From Centruroides vittatus (taxonomy: Eukaryota), in the NCBI RefSeq assembly GCF_030686945.1, contig NW_027122681.1:1802938-1866937 (forward strand): 64,000 bases of DNA, in the 5' to 3' direction. Of this stretch, positions 34,216-47,679 are shown piece after piece. The first letter of the stretch is position 1; every line of letters begins with the position of its first letter. The notes beneath the pieces are model-generated. The model searched no databases. It saw only the letters and a list, made by a program, of their open reading frames with translations, and was not told the DNA's origin. The position numbers were made by a program, and so were the translations under genes.

Positions 34216-35774
34216 GTTGATTTTCTCAATTTGTTAAATAAAAAGAGGATATAAGCACAGTCTTGTTTTCTATGTATCACATATTGTATATAACATCTAA
34301 CAATTGTTATATGACTTTGGTTATCATCAATTTTTTCCGCAAAAAATTTGTCTCTATTTTTGTTGGTTGCCTTGAATTTTGTCAGCAGCCCACATGACCT
34401 CGCTGCTAATTTTGCAAAAACAAAGGGTGAACAACACCTTTTCCTGCTCAGTGTGACATTGTTTCTCATTGTGTGAGAATTACCCTATGAATTTAGCCAA
34501 ACAATTCCATTGCTTTCCCTTTCAGCTCCATCATGGGACAAAAGAAAGTTTTCGGAGCCAGCAGCCCTTCAAATGCAATGTTACATGTTCATTTATTCTT
34601 TACATTAGTCTTTTATATTCATTTTATATTAATTTCATATTGTTTTTAGTATTAAACACTATATTTATTCTCTATAAAATGTGCTTTTGGTATGTATTTT
34701 GGAGAGTCTACAACAAATTAATCAGATTTACATTGATTCATATGGAAATAAGGCCTCGGTTTTCATCAGTTTTGAATTTTACCAATTGTTTTCAGACAGA
34801 TTATTGACGAAAACTGAGATATTACTGTATCTAACAATTCTTAGATATTATCATAAATCTCACCCATAAAAATTAATTCATAGAATTCTATATTTTCTGT
34901 TTACTTTGTTAATAACTTTCTTTGCATTAGCAGCACATCTTTTTCATTATTTAAATTGTTTTATTTTGCAAAGCATAAAATTATACAATAACATCTCGTT
35001 AAAAAAAGCAAGTTTAATAATCAATTTATATAAAATTTTAATTTATGCTTTTTCAAGAAAATTATTACTGTTTTTATTTGAACTACAGAATATCTTATAT
35101 GCAGGACTTGACTTTGAAGAACTTTTTGAAAAAAAACAAGGGCAAAAATAAGAATATTAAGGATTCTTAATTATTTTCTAAATGCTTTTAAAATTTAAGG
35201 ATTTTTAAGGCATGTACAAACTGTATTTTGGAAATGACAATATTTTTATAAATACAAAGTAGTTTTGAAATGCCAGTATTGGAAGTTCTCAATTTTGAAA
35301 AAATCTATTATTGCAACTATCTTATACTGAATAACTTAATATAAATAATTTATAATTAGTATAAATACTTCACAGGAAATTAACTAAGCCAGCTATTAAT
35401 GATAGTTAAATGGTAAATAAATGGAAAAATATCTTACACAAGTGCTCATTCACCATAGGATCTCCAAGTAAAAACACAAATAAGGTAAAAAGTGCTTTGT
35501 TTGCACCACAATTTTTACATCTTTTATATATATATATATAAGCTATTGATTCCACTGTTTATAAATCTGTAATCTGTCATGGAATGCCTAGAATGCCCAC
35601 TAGAGGCATCTGTAGTGATTTTCAGCTCTTATTTTTATTTGTAATAGGAATTTATTATTGATATGAATTTATTATTTATATCATGGAATGACACTGCTGC
35701 TGCTAGAATGCCCACTAGGGAACGTCCCGTGCTATCTTGTGTAACAGAAGCAGCAAAGTCAGAAGAGCATCAAC

Positions 35775-36020
35775 ACAGAATATTAAAACACAATGAAACA
35801 AACAATTATTTATTGTGACATTGTCACAATGCCATGCAGCAATTTTTAATCATCTTTTAATTTTAAAAAATCATGGAACTTCCAGAAGTTAATCAGGGTC
35901 TCAAGCCCTAAGCTTTCCATATCTGGTCTTGATTTTCATTTATCTAATTCCATTCTCAAAATTAATAAATGAGAGAGAGAGACAGACAGACAACATGGAA
36001 ATGTATATATCTGCAATTTG
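35775..36020. repeat. Copy of the same family (head truncated, middle + tail present)
   Basis: Reads tgtcacaatgccatgcagcaatttttaatcat…ccagaagttaatcagggtctcaagccctaagctttccatatctggtcttgattttcat…gacagacagacaacatggaaatgtatatatctgcaatttgaaaattatagg. Confidence 0.55.
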
Positions 36021-36630
36021 AAAATTATAGGATAAAAAAAGAAACAAAAATAGATTTTTTGCAGGCACAGATAACTGTGGATTAGAATTGATAACATCAT
36101 TTATTAACAAGACTTTGATATTACTTCAATTAAATATAACTTCATCATTCACTGTTTGATCCATCCGTTGACCACACCCAAAATATTTAATAATAGCAAG
36201 CTGCAACTTTTGTATGCCTTTTCGAGTGTCCACGATTCCTGAAGAGATGTTAAAAAGGCATTGACTGGATTAACAGTTCCATAATATAAAATTTCTTGGT
36301 ATGTTCATTTTCATTGAACTTACTGAAATTTTTCTCATTTAAGGAATAATGAAAATGTTCAGACCACTACATAAATGCTTGCTTTATGAATTGTTTATCA
36401 TGTTAATACAGTAAGACCTGCATGCATCAAAAATCCTGCAACATTCAATTAATGTTCATCAACTTAACAATAAACTTAACTTAAATGACTATCATTAAAG
36501 TAAAAATACTGTATTAAATTTTACTTCATTATCAGGAAGTTTTTCTTCTAATAATGGATGAGATAAGTATATTTTACAAGTCATGTACGCGTGTGTTTAA
36601 GAAACAAAATACATATATTAAAAACAATAC

Positions 36631-36791
36631 CGAAATTGTGAATTAATCACAAAATTATTCATTTTGTTAAATTCTTCACTATCAGAAGACAAAAATTGAA
36701 TATGACATCGAAGTGCTTTATATTTGGCATGGAGACAACCTTTCGGTGACCAACCAGTGGCTTCACTGACAGAAACCATGTCTCGTAAAAC
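36631..36791 (-). CDS. PARP4: PARP4-like exon, end of regulatory domain (VLRDMVSVSEATGWSPKGCLHAKYKALRCHIQFLSSDSEEFNKMNNFVINSQF-R)
   Basis: Acceptor aattttag; donor TTTCG|gtattg (phase 2). It joins the catalytic exon at 32038 in frame. It resembles PARP1 [28 protein letters not shown]. Confidence 0.55.
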
Positions 36792-36863
36792 CTAAAATTT
36801 TAAATCGCTTTAATAAGTACAGGTAAAATTATTAAATTAAAATTCAATTTTTTATATCCTCAC

Positions 36864-37040
36864 TTGACATAGGTCTTTTTTCTGTGCAACTAATTGTTTA
36901 GACTTGATAGTTTGACTGTATTCTGACACATGAGGTAAAATTGAATAAAATTCCTTACTAAGTTTCTCTAGTAATTCTTCTGAATCAAATTCATTTAACA
37001 TTGAGTGAATTTGGAGTAAAATACTTTCTGCTTCATCAAT
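36864..37040 (-). CDS. PARP4: PARP4-like exon, PARP regulatory domain (IDEAESILLQIHSMLNEFDSEELLEKLSKEFYSILPHVSEYSQTIKSKQLVAQKKDLCQ)
   Basis: Acceptor tgtatag; donor TGTCAA|gtgagg. SKEFYSILPHVS resembles the PARP1 segment LSNRFYTLIPHDFG of the helical domain. Confidence 0.55.
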
Positions 37041-37133
37041 CTATACATTTGATAAAATTTTATAAAAATTAACAAGTTTTATCATTATAATAAAATTTTT
37101 AAAAATTTATAATATTCAAAGAAAGTTACAAAC

Positions 37134-37268
37134 CTTCCACAAAGGTATAAATTCAGGATGACTTAGATATTTCTTTAAATGTCCAATTGCTTCTGTCCAT
37201 ACTAATTCTACAATATTTAGAACATTTTTATCTATGTGTGAAGATAATGAACTTAATTCCAACTGCAA
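37134..37268 (-). CDS. PARP4: PARP4-like exon, PARP alpha-helical regulatory region (LQLELSSLSSHIDKNVLNIVELVWTEAIGHLKKYLSHPEFIPLWK)
   Basis: Acceptor atttcag; donor TGGAAG|gtttgtaac; 45 codons. Confidence 0.5.
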
Positions 37269-38599
37269 CTGAAATTATACAAACTTAGTTAACAATAAAC
37301 TTTTCTTACAAAAGTTCACAAATTATATAAATTGTAATCTGGTTTTAAAAAACAATGTAGATAAAAATATTTTATTTAAATTCATGTTTTAAAAAAAATT
37401 CATAAATTTATATTCTATAAAATGAATATTACTAATCTATTTACAAAATATTAATATTTATTGAATAAAATTCAACAATTTTGTATGTTTCTTACTTTTA
37501 AGATAATGCTAGATGCATTATTTTTCAAATGATAAATGTTTTCCTGCAGATGCAAACTGTTTGTCAAGTAATAAACTCACATATACATATATGCATCTAT
37601 TTTCTGAAACTCATGTTTGAAAATAGTGTAAAAGAAATGTAGTTTGATGGCCAAGATAAATGTTTCTTCTTCTTCAATGTGAGTAAAAAGACTGATTCCA
37701 ATGAAAATAGCAAACATTCAGGTATATTTGGCAAATCTCAAATATTTACCACAAATTACCCATCTGTAGCACTTTGTATTTGTCAAATGGCAAACATTTG
37801 TCACTCAAGATTTAACAAAAACTGAACAACAACACTATTAAAAATTTGCGGCATAACCACGTGAATGCAACTGAATATCTGGCTTATTCTGACTACTAAT
37901 TTAGGAATTTGCCACAATGTATTACTGTTTTTGTTCAGTTTTCCAAGTATCCTACTTTCTTTATTATAAACTATACAAACAAAAATTTGTGAAAATTTAT
38001 TCTACCTGATGCTTTTTAATATTTAAAAACAAATAGTTTTTTTTATCATTTATAATTAACTGCATTTCATATTCATTACAAAGAGCACTCAAATATTTTA
38101 ATATACATTATTTAAAAAAAAAAAGCAGATAAGCAACTCACATAACTGGATTCAGTTCAAATAAACACTAACACATCCAGCAAGGATAAGGATGCTTTAA
38201 TAAGTAAAATAAACATTTTCATTTGTTTTAAAATCATGATCAGATTTAAATGAGTAAATTCAAATGAGATTGCAAATGGAATACAAAATTTTAAAAAAAG
38301 GAACAACAATTTTTATTGGATGCAACAAAATGTGTAAGAGATGATATATGCCTTTAAGTTCAAATAAATTATAGTCTCTACTTTTACAGAGATGGAAAAG
38401 CATCCAAATTTGGACATTATTCCATCCCTGTAAAAGCACTGAGCATCCTGTTTTGCTTATTAAAGTATTCTTTTCCTTGCTGAACTTTGATCTTAGTAGT
38501 GTTTATTTGAAAAAAAAACAGCCTTTTTAACCAAATTTGTTAAAATTTGGTTGCAAAAATAATTATTCTAATTTTATATTATATGTCAAATTTATATAG

Positions 38600-38990
38600 T
38601 AACAAGTAATTATTTATTGTGATATCATCACAATGCCAGACTGCAATTTTAATCATATTTTCAATTTATTTAATTTAAAATATATGCTCTCCACCTCAAA
38701 TTAGTAGTGGCTTGCCCCTATACATCATACTCTTCCTTTAATAACAGAGTCATGTTGGTCATCTACCTAACTAACACCTTTCAGGAGAGACATTTTGAAT
38801 TGAAATAATGTACCTTCTGGTTTGCATCAAAAGTTCATAATCAAATATGAAAACTTTGGAGCAGGAGGCCCCAAAGTTTCCATATTTGATTATGAAAATT
38901 GAAATTAAGAAAAGACAGATGAACAGACAAACGACAGTGGAAATTTATGTCTACAATTTTTTCAAATTGCAGCCCAATTATATAAATATA
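38600..38990. repeat. Copy of the same family with an internal hairpin (caaaagttcataatcaaatatgaaaactttgg / ccaaagtttccatatttgattatgaaaattg)
   Basis: Head …cacaatgccagactgcaattttaatcat…tagtagtggcttgcccctatacatcatactcttcc…; tail …gacaaacgacagtggaaatttatgtctacaattttttcaaattgcagccc. Confidence 0.6.
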
Positions 38991-39290
38991 AAATATAATT
39001 ACTAATTATCATATCTAATATAATGTTTATCTTTGTTATAAATTATTATAAGTTAAATTATTTATTTATTCACTAACAAATGAAACAACGACGAGCTTAG
39101 TAACAAAACTGACAAAACTAAAGAAGTTATTAAAAAAATATTTCCATATAGACTTGTGTAATAAATTTTTATTTATAGTTTATGGGTTACCATTTATAAT
39201 TTTACCTTATTATTATTAATTATAATTTGATTTTTATCTATTATTTTTAATAAAATGAAAAATTTAAACATTTATACTTGAAATGCATAC

Positions 39291-39458
39291 TTTTTGAAAT
39301 GCAAGAGATCCAACTTCAGGATGTAGAATTTCCATAACTTCAATCATGTAATGAGGAGGTCCACATTTTGCAAAATAAATCTGACTAAATACTGACAAAG
39401 CTCTTTCAGCTGTTTCGAGAAAATAACAAACTTTTTTACTTTCAACAGTATTTTCATC
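39291..39458 (-). CDS. PARP4: PARP4-like exon (DENTVESKKVCYFLETAERALSVFSQIYFAKCGPPHYMIEVMEILHPEVGSLAFQK)
   Basis: Acceptor tttttcag; donor CAAAAA|gtatgcattt; 56 codons with an open frame. Confidence 0.5.
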
Positions 39459-39529
39459 CTGAAAAATATCATTATTATTTTAATTTCAAATAATAATGGC
39501 ATTTTATATTCTAATAAATTCATCATTAC

Positions 39530-39673
39530 TTGTTGACTTATGTATCCTTCTTCTACAAACACACAAAACTCTTTATCTGCTTCAACATTTCTTTCACTAG
39601 AAGCAACATGAAGTTCAACAATACAAAAATTATAATGTAATGTACCTCTTGAAGATGCTTTTTGTGCTTTTCC
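39530..39673 (-). CDS. PARP4: PARP4-like exon (GKAQKASSRGTLHYNFCIVELHVASSERNVEADKEFCVFVEEGYISQQ)
   Basis: Acceptor ttttttaag; donor CAACAA|gtaatgatg; 48 codons, phase 0 to 0. Confidence 0.5.
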
Positions 39674-39819
39674 CTTAAAAAAAATTAAATTTAAAGTAAT
39701 TAAAATGTAAATAAAAATAATAATCCATTTAATATATAAAGCAAAAGTAGAATTTTATTAAATATATTAAAAAAACAACAATTAAACAATATTGCTCTGT
39801 ACAGATTTCTGATATTCAC

Positions 39820-39935
39820 CTTCAAAACCACAGGTTTAACAAGTTCATATCTGTGTAACTCTTCATATGGATATGTTGGAAGTGAATTCAAAAATACTTG
39901 AACAGTTGTGGGCTGTTTTTGCACATCCGAAGACA
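39820..39935 (-). CDS. PARP4: PARP4-like exon (…SSDVQKQPTTVQVFLNSLPTYPYEELHRYELVKPVVLK)
   Basis: Acceptor ttttcag; donor TTGAAG|gtgaatatc. Phase 1 in and phase 0 out match the flanking exons. Overlaps six-frame ORF 39700..39936. Confidence 0.5.
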
Positions 39936-42381
39936 CTGAAAACCAACAGATAAGAATAAAAATATTTCCTGTATGATATCAAATTTTAAATATTTGACAT
40001 AATTAATAATAAATGTGTGTTGTCAATTAAAATGTTTATATATAATCACACTACCTGTAATTAAAAAAGTGCATATTACCTCAAACGAGCTAATAAAAAT
40101 ACAATTATATTAAGAATTTTTTTTACTACTTTAATACAATCCTGTTAAACAACAAATGCAATAAAATAAATAATAAAATTCAATGTATTGTGATAATAAA
40201 TATCTAGTAATACACTGTATATACTGTATTTTATAATGTGCCAAATTAATATTTAAAATCTGTAACTATATAGGTATGTGCTGCTTAACAAATGTAATTG
40301 TCAAATGTCAACATAGAATATAAGCATATGAAAAAACAGTTCTGAATACCTAGTGTCTGTATATGGACAAAACTTGTGTTTATTGCATTTATGAACACTT
40401 TACAACACAATTATTGATGTAAATTTTACTGTAAATGAATAAAAGATTAAAACATGATTTACACATTGTTAGTGTATAGTGCTACAATTATTACATGTAA
40501 AAACAAGAGACACACAAAACTGAGAAGATATGTTAAGTACAGAATTTTCTAACAAGCTCTACTTATATCATGATGTTATTCTTTAGATTATAGAAACATC
40601 TGATAAAAATATTTCTGCAATTACATTTATCATATATGATACATCAGACATATAAGTATGCTGATAAATGCATATCATCGTAAGAAATAAATTCTTAAAT
40701 TCCTTTGCAATATAACTTAGATGCTAAGCAAATCTGAAGGTTTCCTCAACCATACTTTATCTAGCAAAAAAATTATTCAATGCTATTTTTATTACATTTC
40801 AGATGAATTTAAAAGAACAAATTGAAATATTACATAACAATAATGTATTAATTCATTTTTAAATTTATTTAGCTATATTGTATTTCATCCAAATAATAAT
40901 TAATTTAATGTATTTATAACAAAACTAATAAGAAATTCAAACAACAATTATCAATTTCATTTGTATCGCTTAATTCCACGATTACTGATAACTCCATTAA
41001 TTTGAATAAGATAAAGATATCTGAAAACAAATAACTGACTAACAATAAAAATAATCTTACTTTAAGAGTTACACAAATATTTCATTTTCTTTTGAAAAAT
41101 GAAAATGAAAATATAAAATTGAATTACCAATTTCAATATATAGAATAAATATTTAAATATTTTAGATTTTAATCTACTTTTCATATATAGTTAAATCTGT
41201 ATATCAAATATGTTTACTTGAAAACCTACTTGAAAACCTCTTTCATCTTGAAATTTATTTTTCCTCCTTTATTTTCAGTCTAAATTCAATATATTTTCCA
41301 TGTTTATTACAAATAATTTTCTCACAAAACCTCTATCTCAAATTATGGACTGAATTGTCAATTACTATCTCAAATCTCAGTGACTACATTATCATATTAT
41401 AAACTGTAGTTGAGAAACATCTCTTGCAATATAACACTGCTTTTCTTTGATTGGCTATGACTTTGATTTAGTTTATTTGTTTATGGCCTCATGATACATG
41501 AGCAATACCTCCAGGGAAAACTTTAAATAGGAAACTGGTCCCTATTTAGGTGAAGAAAACCTGGAAAACATGCTGGCCACATGGAAGAAAACCATGTGGC
41601 CAGTCTGTTGGTGAAGTGCAAACTCAAGACCAGTGTTCAGTAGTTTTATCCACTCAGCCATTGGTGGGCTAAGGCTACAAGTTTGGCTTGAGTCTTATTG
41701 GTTGAAGAAAATCAGACATTAAAAATGATTGACAAACTATTTCTGTTAAGGTATATCAAAAATGTTTTATCTATACCTAATACAGGTATGTACTGTACTT
41801 GCTATTGTGTTAATAAAATACCATATCTCCAACCAAACCTATTAATGTTTACTGTGCAGGAACCTCTATATCTCAAAATCTGACTAGCTCGAATTTTTTT
41901 CTCATTCCTGCGAGATTCGAGACAGCTTCATCTGTATTATTTTTTTTTTTTAAATAATAATTATTTAAAAGATCTAAAGATATAGCTTTGTATATTTAAT
42001 AAAAACATTTTTAAATTGATCAGATTAAGATATTACAGCCATGAGAAAAATGGAAAAGAAGTTACGATTAGAAAGATATGAAAATAAAAAGTTGTACAGA
42101 AGAAACAGAAACGCTATAAAAATTTCAATACACAAAACAAAAAATAATAATATGAAAGGATAAGGCAATGCTAGTTTGCTGCGGCATACTAGAAGGCTAG
42201 AATGACACTTTAGGGGTGATGCAAAATAGTACCGAGAAACACAAGGATTCTTACATGTATTACTGAAAGTACAAAATATGCACTCTATACTGACAAAAAA
42301 GTATGATTACACAAGAAAAAAATTACCAAGTTTGGGTGGCACTATTGAAAAAAATGTTGGAAAACACTGGAATAAAGAACT

Positions 42382-42522
42382 ACACTCATGACACCTTATA
42401 AATTTGCAGCCGTGTTTATTTCTGGATATTTCCTGAAGAAGGTCGTTAAACACGACCGAAAACGTTCGTTTGTACCAAATAAACACGGCTGCAAATTTAT
42501 AAGGTGTCATGAGTGTAGTGTT
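42382..42522. repeat. Perfect 42-bp inverted repeat (actacactcatgacaccttataaatttgcagccgtgtttatt) separated by a 57-bp loop
   Basis: 42382-42423 is the exact reverse complement of 42481-42522. Confidence 0.85.
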
Positions 42523-43323
42523 TTAATAAGATATGCAGTCTACGATGAGTTACTGGAATAAAGATAGAGAAATTTGAAAGAAAAGTAATAAAAACAAAGA
42601 AATTTTTAAATTTATATTAATACAATATTATATTTACTGTATTCATTACTACTACTATTATATCAAGTACACACTCACAAATCTCAATTCTGAATATTAT
42701 ATTATGAACAAATATTGTTCATTTTTCAGTTAAATATTCCAGCCAAAAATAAAATAAAATCCTAGATTTTTTTAAAAAATATGACAAACTTGAGAAATTA
42801 ACACTATGTACATACTTTTTGAACATAAATGTGTGTACCAAATACAATACAGAAATTTATAAATGTATGTGTGTTCGTTTCTTGTCATTTTGACTTCCAT
42901 TTCTTTATGCATCATGCTGCTAATCTGAACAACTTCATACTGCAGTTCAAATCACTAACAGTACACTGTAATCAGTTTAATGTATGTGACATTGACTAAT
43001 TTTTATAAAATAAATCAGAATGGAAACAAATTTCATTTTTTATTTTACATTCTTCCAGATTTTGTTTCACAAATTACTCAAAAATTACCTCAAATTTAAG
43101 AAAGTTTATTTAAACTATCATCAAATTAATTTAAGAATTATATACTGCATTATTATTTTTTTAATCTTATTGCTATCATTAAAAGCTATTAACACTAAAC
43201 TAAGAAAGCAGCATTTAAAATTTTACGTTTATTTTTTATAAAATATAATGTAAAATATTCTTCCGAAATATATCCTTAGCACTTAACAGGTTTACTAAAA
43301 TTTCAATTATAAATTTAACTTAC

Positions 43324-43516
43324 CAAAAATTTTTCCTTTACGAAAGCCATTCATTTGAGTTTCATTTGAAATCAGGAAAGATTTGGTATCAATTAGTTTC
43401 TTGTTTTCTAAACATGCATTAATATAATCTTCTTTTACTATAGGAATTCCATATTTCTTTGCTGTCTTTTGTTTTATTGATGAAGTATTTGATTCTAAAC
43501 AAATTACAAATTTAGT
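43324..43516 (-). CDS. PARP4: PARP4-like exon: second half of BRCT (TKFVICLESNTSSIKQKTAKKYGIPIVKEDYINACLENKKLIDTKSF…)
   Basis: Acceptor ttttttccag; donor TTTTTG|gtaagttaaa. The reading frame is continuous with the phase-0 end of the previous exon. The sequence is a BRCT-like hydrophobic core. Confidence 0.6.
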
Positions 43517-43639
43517 CTGGAAAAAAAATAATAGTGAGTAAATTATATATTCCGTGTATAATGTAAATATACTGCTGAAATTTTTAGATAAGTAATTACT
43601 CGTTGCAACATCTTCACAATACCGAGCTGTAATTTTTAA

Positions 43640-43860
43640 ATTACGAAAAGCTTATGGTCTAGACCAGAAGTTTGTATATGGTTAATTGGGGTTTCTGGCC
43701 CTTAAGCTTTTTGTGTTTTGCCCCTGTACATCATACTTCTCCTGATAACAATCAAGTCATACCTGTCATCTATCTAACTCTGGTTCTCAAGATTAATGAA
43801 GGACAGACAACAGATGCCAGTGGGAATTTACAGGTCTGCAATTTGAAAATTGTAGCCTAA
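43640..43860. repeat. Copy of the same SINE/foldback family (full head + tail)
   Basis: Reads gcccctgtacatcatacttctcctgataacaatcaagtcatacctgtcatctatctaactc…gacagacaacagatgccagtgggaatttacaggtctgcaatttgaaaattgtagcc. Confidence 0.6.
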
Positions 43861-44824
43861 TAATAATCAATCAATACCCTTTACAATTGAAAAATAAGAT
43901 TTCAAAAATACAAAAATCATTCATTTACATGAAAATTGAGGATTTCAAATTGAGTGTTTCATTATTAATATTGTCAGGATTTTACATTAATGAATCAAAT
44001 GAGTAATAATGATTTATGAATATGTATGTAGCACTATAAAATACACAGATAAGAGGATGAAAATAGCTATTGTCTCTAATTGCTGCTTACTGTTACTATT
44101 TGCTAATATAAAATTCTAATTTATTGCAATTAAGTTTTCAAATCTAAAGGAACATTAAGCAGTTTTAATTACACATGCAACAGACACAGATCTGTAATTG
44201 AACCTTCACATACCAACTGATTGTAATTAAAAATATGTCTATTCAATGCTGACTAGAGAAATATTTAGCAGTTTAAATTCAATCAAATTTGATACGGTAA
44301 CATTTCAAGATGTTTCACATGTCTTGAAATGTCACTATACGAATAAAATAAAAAATTTGTACCAAAATTCACCACTATGGTATTTTTGACACTGCAAACA
44401 AGCATTTTATTTCTACAAGGCATTCATGCTATACAAAGAAACCCTAGCAATGCAGGAAATACTACTCAATGTGGTCCCCTTTGAAGGTGTATAACCTGAA
44501 GGCAACGAGCAGCGCATTTGACAACTGACAGTAATTGATCCACTATGATGCTTCTCACAAGCAATGTGATACTGTCTTTCAAGGCTGCCAAATTTGTAAC
44601 ATGTCCTTAATAAATCACACTTTTTAAGTATCTAAACAAACAAAACTTTATTGCTCGCAGCACGAAAAGTTCCATAGAGGTAAGTTTCGATACAAACTGT
44701 TTTTTCATGGAAATATCGTCTGCAAGTCTTGAAATGTTACCTTATCAGACTGCTGAATGTCTTGTTAAAAAGCATTGAAACTTTAATTACAATCTAATAC
44801 ACATCTCAAAGCCTGATGAGTTAA

Positions 44825-45146
44825 TATAATAATCCAACAATCACCTAAATATTCAGGCTATAATATGGTTATAATCAAATGATTAATACAAATAAATTTG
44901 GTACTAGAGGTAAGTGTTAGGCACCATCTCTTATCTAAATTAATAATTATAATTTAATAAATAATTTAAAACCTTCTGGAAGAAAATAACTGACCCAGGG
45001 TGGGACTTGAACCCGCAACCTCCGCTTGCCATGCGGTGTGCTACCAATTGTGCCACCTGGACCCCAAGCCAGCCTTTGCTTCCATTAATTATTTAATTAT
45101 AGCCATATTATAGCCCGAATATTTAGGCGATCGTTGGATTATTTAA
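44825..45146. mobile_element. Inverted-repeat (~60 bp arms, ~88% identity) element whose ~200-bp loop contains the tRNA-like unit
   Basis: 44827-44886 (aataatccaacaatcacctaaatattcaggctataatatggttataatcaaatgattaat) is approximately the reverse complement of 45084-45146 (attaattatttaattatagccatattatagcccgaatatttaggcgatcgttggattattta). Confidence 0.6.
44992..45063 (-). tRNA. tRNA-like sequence (anticodon-loop reading GGC / Ala-like) with Pol III A box (TGGCACAATTGG) and B box (GGTTCAAGTCC); probably a pseudo-tRNA or SINE head
   Basis: Minus strand reads GGTCCAGGTGGCACAATTGGTAGCACACCGCATGGCAAGCGGAGGTTGCGGGTTCAAGTCCCACCCTGGGTC. The acceptor pairs (two G-U wobbles) and the T-arm and anticodon stem-loop form. 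The D-stem is not complementary (GCAC/GCAC), so it is unlikely to be a functional tRNA. Confidence 0.4.
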
Positions 45147-47679
45147 TTACAATCAACTAATACACAAAAAAATTAGAAATTGAAACTGAATCATAGCTCA
45201 GTAATCTTGTACAGTTCTCAATTACACTAAATACAATATTGTCAAATAAATGGCAATGAAAATTAATACAATCAAAACAAGATGAATGATCAGGATAAAT
45301 GAAATGTACTTTGTATGTTAACCTTTCTGCTTTTTCTATCAAATATAAAAATGATAAAATGTTAAGGAGTCTTTGAATATTTTAATCAAGATTAAACATC
45401 TTTCAAAACATTTTCCTCATAATCAGATCATAAAACAACTAATTCAAATAAGGAACAGTTTTTATTTTTAAAATATTCTCATGGCACTATTTGTTTGAAA
45501 TATATTACATTACTGAAACTTATGTTTTAAGTTTAAAATAAAATCTCTTGTGAACTAACCTATTGCAATATATAATATACAGTAGAGAGTCGTTTATCCA
45601 AATCAATTGGGGACTGGGGTTGTTCGGATAACCGATTATGTATGAAAAAATATTTTAACCTATCCGATGTTGAAATTTTTCTCCGTTGCATGTCGCTTCT
45701 TGTTGAATTTTCGTCGATTTTAAGTCTAACGAAAATTTTTATTATAATAATCGAGGCTATTGTATCGTTAAAAATTATTTCTTTATTTTGTACAAACAAA
45801 ATAAATATATTGAAAAATATAAAAACATAAAAATTATACTTTAGAAGTAAATCTAGTATCAAAAAAGTTCGATTCAGCACGACACAGTCCGACTGGAAAG
45901 CATTCGGATAACTGACAATTCGGATAAACGACTCTCTACTGTATAAACAGCTATTATATAAAATTAACAACTTGTAAATCATTAGTTTTTAAAGTAGTAA
46001 TAAAGTAAAGTACAGTTATCCTTCATACAACACAGTTTTGCTCTAATATGGTTGGAAAATTGGTGATATCCCCCATACAACACAACTGGTTTTGCTTTAA
46101 CAGTTTTGAAAATCCTCTGTACAAAATTTCGCAATTTTTAAGTGTAAATTTTGTTATTCAAGTAAGCTTGCATGTTGTCTCAAATTTGCCCATGAATTTT
46201 AGAATATTGAAACTTTCAATTTGTTTTGTGCCTTTTATCAAGTTCATTATAATGAAGACTGATAATGTAATTTTTTTATGTACTGTACACTGAGACCATG
46301 TCTTTTATTCATTTTTATTATATAATATTATATATTATATATAATAAAAATGTAATTTTTTTCTTCCTTGTCCTAACTTTCCTATCACTCAGATGTCATT
46401 GTCATCGCTTTCAGACTTTAGCCCTTAAAACTGTCACTGTGTTTTCTTTTTATAGATTAATCTTTGTATTTAGTAGTTTATTTAAACAATTTTAGATAAG
46501 TGATGTTAAACATTTTATTAACTGTAGGTAAGCAATCATTCAAAAATGACAAATGAAATATGGTGATATCTCCGTACTTGAACAATTCAGTATTCAAACA
46601 CAAATTTTGGAAAAAAGATGCTCGGTACTCGACCAAATAAATGCAACCTGCAAGAACAAATTTTCTATTAACAACATATTTTTATTTCATCATCCATGAA
46701 AATTCTTTTTATAATAAAAATAAAAAGCATAAAAATGTTGCAGATACTTCTGATCAAGATCAACAAAAAAGCTGAGACGACGACAATACTCTGTAAAAAG
46801 AAAGCACCCTCGTTTAACTAAAATTAATATTAACATGTCATACAGTATTTTTAATTGTGATTGTTAGCAAATTATTGATTGCTTTAATAAACAATTACAT
46901 TATTTACATTACTTAATTACAAAAAAAATAGTATACTTTTGCTAACTTCTGGAATGCAACTTTGTGTTTTGCATTAGTTCTTTGTTTCATACAGCACAGA
47001 TTCACATAACAAGACAATTTTTCGGAACTTATCTACTATGTTAAACAAGGGATACTTGTAATTTATTTTCTACAGAAACGTATTTATGTTAATTTTTCTA
47101 TGTATTATGATAATTACTGACATTTATCATTTAACAAACACAATATTCAGCACACAATAACAATTTAACAATGTTAGAAGATATTGAAAAACTTTTATTT
47201 TATGATGAACTAGCATCAATGTTCAAGTAAGAGACTTGAACAAGTAAGAGTTGTGGAGAAAATACTGTGCAATGAAAATAGTAATTGCATTTTTATGTAT
47301 CTTGTATAGAGTAGTTCCATCATATTTTACAGAAATATCCATAAAGATTAAAAAGTTTCTCTCAAATAACGAAGAAAGTAATTCTTAATAGAGCAATCTG
47401 TAACAAAACATTATCAACAGAGACAGTTCATTATTTTCAGCATTATGAAATTCTCAGGTTTATTATTAATAAGATCACATTTTTACAGAAAATTCTCTTT
47501 TATACATGTATTCATGTATACTATACTTTTATACATTTATAATATAAATAATGTATGAAAATTCTCTTTTATATATGCAATAAGTTTATTTATTTATTTG
47601 AACTTATATTAATTAGAACATTTATCATCACTCTAAACACTCGATTAATAACAATCTAATTACTAAGTTATAAACTTAC

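Noticed and set aside
44992-45063. Functional tRNA-Ala gene
   Set aside because: The D-stem cannot pair (GCAC/GCAC) and the GGC anticodon is atypical for eukaryotic Ala isoacceptors. It is retained only as tRNA-like/pseudo-tRNA.
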